Below are positions 12,442 to 24,899 of a stretch of DNA of 64,000 nt, in pieces. The translations under genes were made by a program, and so were the position numbers. This stretch comes from Zootoca vivipara. Lineage: Eukaryota. The stretch lies in the NCBI RefSeq assembly GCF_963506605.1, contig NC_083283.1:71052001-71116000 (forward strand), in the 5' to 3' direction. Each line of letters opens with the position of its first letter. Within the stretch, counting starts at the first letter, position 1. Below the pieces are notes generated by a model. The model saw only the letters and a list, made by a program, of their open reading frames with translations, did no database searches and was not told where the DNA came from.

Positions 12442-13459
12442 TGTACCTTCTAATTCTGTTTTTGTGCTTGTGTGTGTACATGTAAGATTCTGTAAATGTA
12501 CGTGCAGAACCATAAACATGCAGTTGTTTGTCTCTTGGAGGCACACTACCCTGGAAACTAATATTGGCTGAAACTTGCTTTTTTAAAATATCAGTGATAA
12601 AATAGGAGCTGCCTCTGCACAATGTGTGAAAACACCCTTAAGATTAATTGTCCAGTCCTAAAGCTTGCTGTCCTGAGTAATTAAAAATGAGTAAAAATGA
12701 ATGATTAGCATGCTTTCAAGGGCAATTGGAGGGTGCAGTTTGGTAAGAAAATTAGGATAGGATAAAAATAGTACTGTACTGCATCACAAGTTGTAAATGT
12801 TACAGTTGTGCTTCAGATATTTTAATAATGTCATTGTAAGTTTTTTTTTTAAAAAAAGTGGGGATCAGATAACCCCATGATGAAATGTTCAAGAATTTTC
12901 CCCACAATATACAATATGTGTTAATTGCTTTTGCTTCAAATTATGGACATTTTATTTTATTTTATCCTTTGGCAGCTCGTAAGGGGTCTCATTGTGGGAA
13001 GCTGACCCCCATTATCAGTTTTGGAAAGCATTGCTTTGTCTGTGTTGTGATGCTCACAATTATTGATAGGTTTCAAGGCCTGTTCCTACACACAAACACA
13101 CACACACACCAGCATGATTATTTTTTTCCCTCTCTCTCTTTAACTTAGAATGAAAGGGAACTTCAAAGTATGGCAACATAAATGAGTGAGAATTCAGTCT
13201 ATTAAAGGTGAGACTTTAAGTGTCTGATTGAAATACAGTGTAAAATTCTTCATCACCAAAGAGTTACTTTTAACACGCCTTTCAGTGTAAAGTTGGAATA
13301 AGTGATTCCGTTACAAATGAGCGAAAGTTGGCACCAAGCTGAGTCACATTAAAAGTGAGATGTCATAGAAGAGATGGAGAGGGCATATGTCCTGGGAGGA
13401 GAATTATGAAGTGAAAAGAAAAAACGACCAAATGTGTGGCAAGGAAATAGAATATCTAG

Positions 13460-13533
<74 letters not shown>
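13460..13533. repeat. (CA)n(GA)n compound microsatellite
   Basis: Direct reading. Confidence 0.98.
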
Positions 13534-13538
<5 letters not shown>

Positions 13539-14315
13539 CTTCTGATTGTTGGGTAACTTAAAGGCCATTTAATACACTACATGGGAACAAATATGTTTCT
13601 ACCTATGAATTGAACATAGATATAAAGGGAATCCATGACCTGTATGGTGCATACAGTATGCCTGTGTGATTATACCATCATTGCTGCAACTAAGGACTCA
13701 GCTATACAGCCGCAAATAAGAGTGTTGTAAAGTGCATTATACAGATGTGACACTAGATGGCGATGGAGAGCTATGGCAAATTCAATATATTTTTCAAAAT
13801 GTGTGTTGTTGTTGTTGTTGTTTTTTAAAAAAACATTTTCAGTGGTTTTTATGTGTCTAGATTCCACCTAAGTATTTTTATCACCCTGAACATAGTCAGT
13901 AGTGACTGGGGTGGCTGGAAAGAGTCACAGAACTACCTACCAACCCCTAACAGAACTGAAATTGCTGCAGTTTGCCGGGAAAGGTCTGGGAGCACGGCAG
14001 AATGGCAACATTGTTAGGGCTGTGCAGACACATCGGTGGAGACAAAATGGCCCGCTGGTATGTCCCTGTAGCCCCAACCTTGCCGCTGCCCCTGCATCCC
14101 CCTGTCCCATCCAGGCTAGCTGCTCCAAGGCCAGCGTTAGGTCAGGAGTCACACCCAAGCATATCAGCCACTTCTGGAGTTAACAATCTAACAGAGGGAG
14201 CCCTCTTGACACAGCCATATGCAAGACACAGTGATAATTTCTCCCTCACCAACCATCACCTGCCGCCTCACGATGACGTTTCTGATATGCTTAAGCACGA
14301 AACAAACAAACAAGA

Positions 14316-14791
14316 TGTCAGGGTGCTGTCAGCCCCCCCCCCCCCGGCTGGTTTCCCAGAATAGTATAAAGACAAGGAAAGGGTTCTTACCGTCCTTTTT
14401 TATTTCAAACTTTACAGAGAGAACTCAGCCTTTTGGATAATGCCATTGTCCCGAGTGAATCTCCACACCCCCTTCCTCATTCATCATTTTCATCATCTCC
14501 TCTACGGGTGCTGCTAACTTTCCCCCTGTCTTTGAGCTCTTTGCTCTCCTACTTTTAAAGCTCACCAGGTTCTGGGAGATGCTGGGTCTGGAATGCTTTC
14601 TAATGACGTGTCAGCCCAGGTGTTGTTCTGACTCTCCCATGATTTCCCAACTTTTCCCCTCATCTGCCTCTGAGCTGCTCCCTCCCTCAAACTCCTGTTG
14701 TAAATCTTTACTACCTTCCTCTTCCTCCTCCTGGGAAGGGTCTGGATGGGGAGGTGGTCTCCACCATTCTTCCTCTGCCCAGTACCTGACT
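14316..14791 (-). mobile_element. LTR-like element (probable Gypsy solo LTR)
   Basis: TGTCAGGG ... CCTGAC termini; AATAAA on minus strand (~14399-14404); related partial copy at ~15516-15758 ending CCCTGACA. Confidence 0.6.
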
Positions 14792-15515
14792 ATTAGTTTT
14801 CTTTAACAGTAGAAGGAGGTTTTCAGATTATACACAGCTCTTCTTCAGGCTTTGATTATGAGAGCAAAAAATAAACATCCAATAGTCTAGATAGAAACAA
14901 CTGGGTAGTCAGGCTGATTGGTTACTTGGCCCCAGAAGTTTACTGGCCATTGCTGTTGGCATGGAGATAGTCCAGGTTGAATGCAAAAGTGCCATTCTGA
15001 TGTCAGGTGTGATGTCACAAAGAGGATATGCTTTAAATCTTGGTAAAGCCAAAAACATTTAACAGTCACACTGCATCTCAGCCCTGTCAAGATGGATCTC
15101 CATAATAGGTGGTGAATAGTTTTATTTGGGGGATACATAAACTTTTACTATTGGGGAAAATTTTAGATTGGTTTCCAGGTTGTACCCCATCAAGTTGAGG
15201 CCTATTAATATACATTCACAATCCTGTACCCATCAAACAATCAACTTTATGTTTGACTTTGGGACTGATTCATACAACCACATTTCCTTTATCCACTCTG
15301 TTGCAGCTTTTTCTCTGTATTTGGAAAAAAAATAACCCAGAAGAAGATAAGGAACCAGGAATAAGATCTGGATGAGTACGGTGAGGATCTAAGCGTTACA
15401 AGTGAGGGGGCTAGGAAGATGGCTTTGTGGTCCAGCTCATAGGAATGATTGGTGCTTCATATTATTGAATTCCTGTTCCACAAAGAAGAAGCCACAAAGA
15501 CAAAGTCTTTGAAGT

Positions 15516-15758
15516 CTTTGCCCTCCTACTTTTAAGGCACACTGGGTTCTGGGAGATGGAGGGTCTGGAATGCTTTCTAATGACAACACGTCAGCTGGGT
15601 GTCCCTCTGGCTCTCTCATAATTTCCCAATTTCCCCCTCATCTGCCTCTGAGCTGCTACCTCCCTCAACCCCCTGTTGTAAATCTATACTGTCTTCCTCT
15701 TCCTTCTCCCTGGAAGGGTCAGGATGGGGAGGCTGTCTCCACTGCCCAGTCCCTGACA
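15516..15758 (-). mobile_element. Partial LTR, same family as 14316-14791
   Basis: Colinear similarity CTTTGC.CTCCTACTTTTAA...GGTCTGGAATGCTTTCTAATGAC...TGCCCAGT.CCTGAC. Confidence 0.6.
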
Positions 15759-16024
15759 CAAGAACCCACTTTGCCAATCCTGATTTTGGAAGAAGAGAAA
15801 TACTCAGAGCATGTGCCATTTTGCATTGTAAACTTGCTTTGATCATGGTGCCATCAGGGCTACAGACATAAAACGGAGGCTGCTTCTCCTGCCCTGGTGC
15901 TAAACTGATTTAACTTGGGGGTAGGCATTATCTTGTTGCAGAAAAAGTAATACTTTTTTTTTAAAAAAATGTAGAAAATAATAAAGTGAGTTTCTGTAAC
16001 CATATATATGTCAAGCTAGCCACC

Positions 16025-16175
16025 NNNNNNNNNNNNNNNNNNNNNNNNNNNNNNNNNNNNNNNNNNNNNNNNNNNNNNNNNNNNNNNNNNNNNNNNNNNN
16101 NNNNNNNNNNNNNNNNNNNNNNNNNNNNNNNNNNNNNNNNNNNNNNNNNNNNNNNNNNNNNNNNNNNNNNNNNNN
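16025..16175. other. Assembly gap (151 N)
   Basis: Run of N. Confidence 1.
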
Positions 16176-16211
16176 ATACACTGACAACACACCTCTTGCC
16201 TACTCTTGCCT

Positions 16212-16562
16212 AGGTAAATGGACCCCTGATCATTAGGTCCAGTCGTGACCGACTCTGGGGTTGTGGTGCTCATCTCATGTTATTGGCCGAGGCAGCCAGT
16301 GTACAGCTTCCAGGCCATGTGGCCAGCATGACAAAGCCGCTTCTGGTGAACCAGAGCAGCACATGGAAACACCGTTTACCTTCCCGCTGTAGCGGTACCT
16401 ATTTATCTACTTGCACTTTGATGTGCTTTCGAACTGCTAGGTTGGCAGGAGCTGGGACCGAGCAACGGGAGCTCACCCCATCGCCGGGGATTCAAACCGC
16501 CGACCTTCTGATTAGCAAGTCTTAAGCTCAGTGGTTTAACTCACAGTGCCACCCATGTCCCT
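16212..16562 (-). mobile_element. Sauria SINE (subfamily A tail)
   Basis: Reverse complement of the 55102 copy. Confidence 0.87.
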
Positions 16563-16565
16563 AGT

Positions 16566-16951
16566 AAAAAGTTAAAGGTAAAGGACCCCTAGACGGTTAA
16601 GTCCAGTCAAAAGCAACTATGAGGTGCAGCGCTCATCTCGCTTTCAGGCCAAGGGAGCTGGTGTTTGTTCGCAGACAACTTTCCGGATCATGTGGCCAAT
16701 ATGACAAATTCGCTTCTGGCACAACGGGACACCATGACGGAAACCAGAGCACATGGAAATGTCATTTGCCTTCCTGCCGCAGCAGTACCTATTTATCTTC
16801 TTACACCGATGTGCTTTCAAACTGCTAGGTTGGCAGGAGCTGGGACAGAGCAATGGGAGCTCACCCCATTGCAGGGATTCAAACTGCTGACCTTCCGATC
16901 GGCAAAACTTAAGAGGCTCAGTGGCTTAGACCACAGTGCCACCTGCGTCCC
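16566..16951 (-). mobile_element. Sauria SINE (subfamily B), directly abutting the previous copy
   Basis: Reverse complement of the 12060 copy. Confidence 0.87.
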
Positions 16952-17213
16952 TTTACTATTCTGGTAGTGTGAGGCCACACGGCAAAATCAAACATCTCTT
17001 GATGTCCATCTCTCAAGCAGTGCTCATACCAGCTATTCTTTGTTTAAGTTTGGTGTAAGCATCTAGGCTTGCCGCTTATCCCATATAATACAGGATTGTC
17101 CCATTTTTCAATGACCCTTAGGGTCCCTTCCCACTACGATTCTATGAATATGCTATGTCCTGTATTGATACAGTTTTGTCCTGAATTTTAGGTCTTCTCT
17201 CCCTCGCTCATGC

Positions 17214-17257
<44 letters not shown>
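17214..17257. repeat. (TATC)n microsatellite
   Basis: Direct reading. Confidence 0.98.
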
Positions 17258-19171
17258 CCATCTGTGCCAAGTTAGAGATCCTCTCCAAATGCATCTCTTT
17301 GAAAGGATGTGCAAAAGGTCATGCATTTAAACTCTGGGTAGCTGAGCACAGACAGTTTTACAAAATCACGTGTGTGTGTGCGCGCGCCACACACATCCGT
17401 GTGCGACAAATTCCAGAGAGGCCATCCTGTTAGGCTACAATAGCTTGCAATGGATTGCTTTGGTCACTTCAGCACCAGATAAAGGGGGGGGTGTCCCCCA
17501 ACCATCCTGCCCTGCTCTGTCCTATATTTTCCCGGAACAAAGGTGGCAACCTTAGAACATACCCTTCTGGCTGTAGCTTGGATGCAACTGAGACAGCCAA
17601 ACTCCAGTCAGCTTGCTGGATTACCAAGCCTCCCCTGCCCACAAGGCAGTCCCAGAGGATTAAGGGGTGGGATCTCAACACCAGGGACTCAGCTACGCAG
17701 CTGCAAATAAAATGTTTTAAATGTGTTTTAAGTACAATGTGACACTAGATGGCGAACATGAGCCTTATGGAAAATTCAGTGTACTGTATTTTTAAAAACA
17801 CTTTTTTAAAAAAGCTTTTTCAGAACGGTTTTTATATGTGTTTAGATTTCACCTGGGTCAGAGGCAAGGCTTTACAACAGGAGCCAAGCACATTCAAAAA
17901 GATCTATGCCGAAGGGAAGAAAGAAGTTTGACAATTTAAATATGATTTGGACAGTGCTTAAAACAACCAGCACCAAGAGAATTGAATATACTGGAACGGA
18001 TGAAAAATTAATTTAGAAAGCATGCTAAAAATATAAAAAAATCACTTAAATTTTCTAGCAACTGTGTCACTTTTGCCTGTCAGATCTCTACTGAACTTAA
18101 ATATGCAAGAGCCCATTTCATGCAAACTCCTTCCTGACGTTATGAAGCATTTATGAGTCACAACACTTGAATAGTTTTCAGCTTAACAACACTATGTTAG
18201 ATCACACCAATTAATATATTCAAAGGGAAGAGCCATATGTTATTACTGGAATGCAGGGCTATCACTTTCAGTAATTGCGGTTGCTGTAGGTGAAGTCCCA
18301 ATGATAAAGAAATGAATGTGGGAAATGAATGTGCAAAATATTCAGATTTATTCAAATTTCCGGAGAGGAAGATGTGGTGTTGACTGCTGGAGAATGAAAA
18401 TGCTACCATTGGGGAGAGAAGAAAGGAATTCATTGCAATAACAGTTTGCAAAATATCCGAGACAGATATAAAAACAAAACCACATCTTTACAGCAGATCA
18501 TTTTGGGAAACAAAATTGCTAAGTGAAACAGATGTCTTTTCCTTTCTCAGCTTGGCTGACATAAATCGCAGATGCCCATTAGCCAAAAGACGTGTGTGAA
18601 CATTTTACATGTAAGACAGAAAATGAGAACTTCACTGTTATTTGTGAGCTCCCTGCTCCTTCTGACAGTTTAATTTCCCCCCTTTTGTTTAGTTGTTGTT
18701 CTGACAGAGGAAGAAAATAGTTGTTTTTTATTCTGAACTAGTAAATAGATAGTACTAGCAGTAAATAATAACAAGCATAATTAGGGGCTCAGCAGTGTGG
18801 CCCACTTGCAAATGAAATTTATATTTTGGTGTGATCACTTGATCTCCTTGGGGGAGATCTCTGAATGACCAGATTGTTCAAGGTTCCATGACTTCAGGGA
18901 TTGCTATGAGATTACCGTCTTGCAGCCAGTTTTGTGGCTATTCCTACCACTGAATCTATGTAGTTTGGTCTTCACTGACAGAGATCCGTCAAAGAGGATG
19001 CTATTCTGTTGAGCAGTCAAAGATACAATGCACCCCTGAGCAGTCACTGCAATAACCCTACCTGTCATAGTTATAGCTATTTTGCAGAAAGGGGGATGTG
19101 GTTCTTCAGCTTTATTGGTAATAGGGCGCTGATATGCCGTCTGCTCTCTAATAATGTGCATACATCAGAAC

Positions 19172-19535
19172 GTAAAGGTAAAGGACTCCTGGATGGTTAA
19201 GTCCAGTCTAAGGTGACTATGGGGTTGTGGTGCTCATCTCGCTTCAAGCCGAGGGAGCTGGCGTTTGTCCACAGACAGCTTTCCGGGTCATGTGAACAAC
19301 ATGACTAAACTGCTTCTGGTGCAACAGAACACCATGATGGAAACCAGAGCGCATGGAAACACTGTTTCCTTCCCGCCACAGTGATACCTATTTACCTACT
19401 TGCACTGGCATGTTTTCGAACCACTAGGTTGGAAGAAGCTGGAACAGAGCAACGGGAGCTCAGCCAGTCACAGGGAGTTGAACTGCCGACCTTCTGATTG
19501 GCAAGCCCAAGAAGCTCAGTGGTTTAGACCACAGC
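19172..19535 (-). mobile_element. Sauria SINE (subfamily B)
   Basis: Homologous to the other copies. Confidence 0.85.
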
Positions 19536-20834
19536 CTAAGATGGCCAATGGACACTTTATGTTGTACCCAAAGAATCAATTTCTTTCCTTCATTGAATTG
19601 TATTGAGGGGGGGGGAGTTACCCGCTTTCCCATGTATGGCATGTTGTCATGCTGTCTTTGTCCTTGCATCCCCACTAGTTAAAATGATCAGAAAGGATGA
19701 ACAGGCACAGGGGAAGAACAGCTTCTCTTCCCATTACAGAATAGCTTCCAAGGAACATAAAGAACCTCCACAAACAGCGCCATCACCACCAAATATCAGT
19801 GATGTACCACTGCTGCTGAATAAAATTGAACAGTCTGGGTCCTAAGTTAGGTCAATGCTTCACATATTGCAGTCACGAGAAGGAAGCTAAAAAAGAACTT
19901 GGCGGGTTTGACAAAAGCCGGCTAATGGATTTGTTGCTGAGTTGAACTTTGAACTGAGGTCTTTCCAACCCACATTCTTATAAAGATCTATATAGTACTG
20001 GGAAGAAAGAGGTGAGTGAAGATCTACCTCAGGAACAAGTGGGGGGAAATCAAATCATCCTTACCTTATGGTTGAAAAGGTGACCAGAGGCTGTTGTCAG
20101 TGGGGAGGGTCCTGCTCTGAATCTGGCCAAGCAGGGGGAGACCCCAGAGGACAGTCTCTGGCATTTCTTCCCAAGCAGTGAAAAAAGACCAGCAGTGCTT
20201 GTTATTCGTCAAGAGCTCACAATAAAGGAGGCATGGGGGATGCCAAGGAGGTGGCAGATCTGGCCACCAAGAAGCTCACTTGTAGCTGTCGCTGTGGTAG
20301 CGCACGAAGCATTCCCTGGAGGCTAGATCCGCTGCCCTTGTGGATCCTGCTGCCCGAGACAATCACCTGGTCACCATGCCTCATGGGTGGGATGGCCCTG
20401 ACAGTGGATGTGGGACTAGAGGAAGCCTTATGTCATAATGGTATGACTAGAGGCATGACCTGCAGCCTCTTTCTCCATGTTAGCTCTTCATCTGGAGATA
20501 GGACAACATCTGTATCTGGATGTGGTGCCAGATGTGGATGTTGCTTAGAGCTGGCCCTGAAAAAAAAAACACCCAACACATCTTGCTGCATGGTGCCAGT
20601 GGGCAGTGACATTCTGAAGACCGCTTCCATTCTTCCAAGCTAAGACATTGTCACGTTGCTCTTTAAACACCTGGAAATGACCAGCAGCAAAGACTTGAGC
20701 AGAGTTTGCCCCATGTGCAGCTTTGCAAGGCTGGGCGAATGTGGATGTCGATGTGTATAAAGTGAAGGTTCTGCCGAAACCACAGTTGATGTTGTTGGTT
20801 GGAGGAGATAAGTTATCATTGGACACGGCTGATG

Positions 20835-21177
20835 CATAGCTGCCAAGTCTCCCGTATTCCCTGGGAAATCCCCATTTTTCCAGCTGTTCCTAGCTGAAAA
20901 AACAGATTTTTTTGTTTCCCCCTGCTTTATTCTGGTGTGGCGGCCATTTTGGAACTGAGTGAAGCATGCTCAGAAGCGACTTTTGATGCTGCTCTGCCCA
21001 GTTCCAAAATGGCTGCAGTGCGACTTCTGGCACGGCGCCATTTTGGAACTGGGCAAAGCAGCATCAAAAGTCACTTCTGAGCATGCTCCGCCCAGTTCCA
21101 AAATGGCGGCAGCGCTACTTCCAGTCTGCTACTTCCGCCCGGTCCCTTATTTCTCCGACAGCAACTTGGCAGGTATG
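20835..21177. mobile_element. hAT-like MITE (CATAGCTGCCAAG family)
   Basis: TIR CATAGCTGCCAAGT / ACTTGGCAGGTATG; perfect 8-bp TSD GGCTGATG. Confidence 0.85.
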
Positions 21178-22316
21178 GGCTGATGTTACTGGCTCCTGAA
21201 ACCTGTGCTTATTTCAAAATATAGCACTGGTTATAAAATAGTTGAGACAACAAGAGGTATCAAAATAGTTTCCCCCCAATTCCTATCCCATCCTTCATCT
21301 CAAACCTGAACTAATAATTATGTGATTAATTTCTATATTGGCTGATATGACTGAAGATGATCATGCAAATCACTGCTCCAGTTTTTTATTAGCGTTCCTC
21401 TGTTCTGAATCGAAGTTGTTGGGGGGGGCAGCCCCTCACAGATTCTGCTCTTTTTTTAAAAAAAAAGCCTCTAATGGTTTCTTCACTCATTATAGGTTTT
21501 CTGATATATTCTCTCTCCCCCCATAAGGTTGATACATATTTCCTTAAGCATGTTATCCAGGATGCATTTTATAGCATGCAAATGTCTAGCAGATTGCTTA
21601 CACACAGAAAAAGTTGTTGCTGCTGTTAACATTTAAATATAATGAAATCAGTATGCAAATATGATCATTAGGGACATAACCGTATGGCTGATTATTTGCA
21701 TGGGGGGGGGGAACCCCAGATTGTTTGCTTGAACTTGCTTGATGCACACAAAATGAAAGCTACATTCATTCTTCTGCATGTATTTCTTCCTGCATCAGTG
21801 TTACTAATGTGAAATGAAATCGGTCTTCTTGGCGTAAGTTCAATTTTGAGTTGAGCCCATTAAATCTTTAATCCTGTTCACACTTATCTGGGAAGGAAGT
21901 TCCATTGAACTCTATGGTGCTTATTTCTGAGTAGACAGTTGTAGAAGACATTAAAGATTTGTCCTTCCTCATTGGCAAAGACTTTTAACGGTATTGATGC
22001 ACGGAAAGCTCATAAAATAGGGAGAAGGATGCTGTCACGTTCTCATAAAGGTATTGCATATGGAAGGACGCCTTAGATCTTAAGATACGCTGAGTAGCAG
22101 AAAATGTATGAGCTTAATGGTGAAGACCAGCTGAATTTGAGGGAGAGTTTTGATACATTTCCAGGGACCTCCATTTTGAAAAATGAAGGGAATTGGGTTT
22201 GCAGACTGCATTCAGACAACACTTTATTCCATTTCCCTGATATTTCCTTCCCTGATGGTTTCCACATTTGATGTGGTCTTTCACAGAACATCAGAACCCC
22301 TCCTGAATATCTAGTG

Positions 22317-22451
22317 CAGGCATCCCCAAACTCGGCCCTCCAGATGTTATGGGACTACGATTCCCATCATCCCTAACCACTGGTCCTGTTAACTAAGGAC
22401 AATGGGAGTTGTAGTCCCAAAGCATCTGAGGGCTGAGTTTGGGGGTGCCTG
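22317..22451. mobile_element. Palindromic hAT MITE
   Basis: Same family as 10819-10954; 8-bp TSD with one mismatch. Confidence 0.85.
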
Positions 22452-23058
22452 ATCTACTGGTAGTGGAATCTAGTGGAAGTTAACAGCTCATTGGGAGATA
22501 GCACTGTTTGGTGAATGGGAAAGCGGAGGATATATATTCACCTTAAGATCACAGGCAGAGCACCTAGGGAGACTGCAAGATTCTCCATAAGATTTTGTTC
22601 CCCATTTGCTCTTTGGGAAGAAATAACAAGCTTTCTTTCAAAAATTGTGCAGCTCCGGCACTAGTTATGCAGCTTTTCTTAATTATCACGTACCCCGCCT
22701 TGTCCTTTATCTGTTTAGAGAATTTACAACTAACACAGCAGGTTGTGAATGTTTAATAGATTCTTTTCCAAGGGAAGAAAAGGTCAGCATTACCATAAAA
22801 TTCTTCTTTAAGATTTGTGACAGGAATGTTCCACAGCACGGAACAGGTGTTGCCGGAGAAACTAAAATCTGCCATGGGAGCAGAGCTCTTAACGAATATT
22901 CTGTGCATTATTGGGAAATGACAATTTTAATGCTCTACGCACACACACATGGTGATATATCGAGTCAGCATAAAATGAAAGGGACTTGGCTTTGTCAATG
23001 CATATTTTGCTTGAAGCACCTTGTGTGACTCGCTGTCTTCTGAACCATTTTATTAAAC

Positions 23059-23060
<2 letters not shown>

Positions 23061-23121
<61 letters not shown>
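23061..23121. repeat. (CT)n microsatellite in the exon 3 polypyrimidine region
   Basis: Direct reading; ends ~20 nt before the acceptor AG. Confidence 0.98.
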
Positions 23122-23124
<3 letters not shown>

Positions 23125-23141
23125 CCACCACCCAACCTTAG

Positions 23142-23436
23142 CTTCACTCTGACCAGGACAAAGGAGATGGGTCCCTCAAGTACATTTTGTCCGGAGATGG
23201 AGCTGGCACTCTTTTTGTTATTGATGAGAAAACAGGTGACATTCATGCCACACGAAGAATTGACAGGGAAGAGAAAGCTTACTACACCTTACGTGCCCAG
23301 GCTATTAACAGGAGAACACTCAGGCCAGTGGAGCCTGAATCAGAGTTTGTCATCAAAATCCATGACATCAATGACAATGAACCAACGTTTCCCGAAGAAG
23401 TTTACACCGCAAGTGTTCCTGAAATGTCAGTTGTTG
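23142..23436 (+). CDS. CDH10: Cadherin-10 coding exon (exon 3 by human numbering; EC1 to start of EC2), 295 nt
   Basis: AG at 23140-41 after a (CT)n tract; reads [98 protein letters not shown]; donor GTGAGT at 23437. DRE and DxNDN calcium motifs present; matches CDH10 as recalled. Confidence 0.96.
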
Positions 23437-24742
23437 GTGAGTGTTACATTCAAATGGAAATAAATGTCTGCAAAGGTGAGACACCACATATGTCCTGTTC
23501 TTGTAAATTCAGGCAGCCAGGGTGGGAATTGCATTTTTCAGGGGAGGGGGGATGCCCTAAATTAGGTCTTGTCTTTTCTTTTTAAGGAAAAACAGTGGAA
23601 TGGAATGGAATGAGGAACTGCACACTTCATATCCTTATGGTAGTAGTAGTGCTGTTGTCGTGATGCATTTTATATCCAGTATGGATCTCTTCCTATTACT
23701 TGTATCCCAGTGATCTATATTCTCCATAAAAAGTGAAGGAACAGAGGATAATTTGAGACTAAACAGTTAGTTGGGAGAGCGACTGTGATTAGAACTTAGA
23801 GAGAATCCATCACTCCACAGTGGTTACTAATGAATAAATGCACATACCATAGTACTAGAATATAACTTTTATTGTCACAGTATTACAGAACTGGAAGGTA
23901 ATCTAGTGTAAACTCCTGGATCAGGATTCAGATACATTTCACTGATATGTCCGTAGGATGCATAGAGAAGAAAGTGCACCAACCCACTGGAAGCCATAAA
24001 ACAAAGATTCTAAAACATTAATTGCTGTGTTATTTGCTATGGAAGAAGCTAAGCCATGGCCCTTCCTCCATTTGACCAGAAGGAATATTCATTCCCCATT
24101 TGCAAATGTCGCAACCAATTACATCCCGAGCATGAAAGCATGAGCTGTTCACTCAGAGTTCCCCAACAGAAAATGTTCTTAGCTATCTGGTGTAACATCC
24201 AAGCTGTGCACTTTTAGCCAGCCCAGAAAGCAGGACTGGGATGCTCCTTAATTCAATAGACCTCCGTCACCAAGACACAAAGGGCAAATTAATGCACGCT
24301 GACCCAGCAAAGCAAGTATATGTATGGAAGCAAGCTTTGATGTACAGAGTTCCATTCTGGATTAGGAACTGTGCACAGAGAATAGCTGCAGGTGTGGCAA
24401 GTCATTCAGTCTGATTCCCATATACATTGAGTGTGCTCCTTGGAAGGGGGTTCACTTTCATGTTGTAATGTGGATAGAAACTAGATTTCTTAGGCTACAG
24501 TCCCAAGCTTGTTTAGTAGAGAGTAAAGCCTACTGAACTTACTGGGACTTGCTTCTGAATGAGCTTTCATGGATTTGCACTGTTACACCATTAGTTGTTG
24601 CATATAAGCAAATTTCGTTAATTTTTTGTATTTGTTTTATTTGGTTTTGAACTAATGGTGTTTCTCAGAAGCATACAAGAGCATGAATCTGTGTCTGTAG
24701 AATGGAAACTGTATTTATAAGTAAATCGGTGGATCTGTTTGG

Positions 24743-24899
24743 CATAGAATCATAGTATCATCGAATTGTAGAGTTGGAAGGGGTCACAAGAATCATCTAG
24801 TCCAACCTCATGCAAGGGCAGGAATCCTTTGCCCATTGCGGGACTCAAACCCATGACCCTGAGGTTCAGGGGTCTCATGCTTTACCAGTTGAGCTATCT
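24743..24899 (-). mobile_element. tRNA-Lys-derived SINE with CR1-type tail (second, more decayed copy)
   Basis: Same layout as 3750-3893; (ATTCTATG)-like tail. Confidence 0.75.

Noticed and set aside
1-23141. First coding exon of CDH10 (signal, prodomain, GWMWNQFF)
   Set aside because: No such peptide found in the ORF track or by reading; probably upstream of the window, though the N gap cannot be excluded
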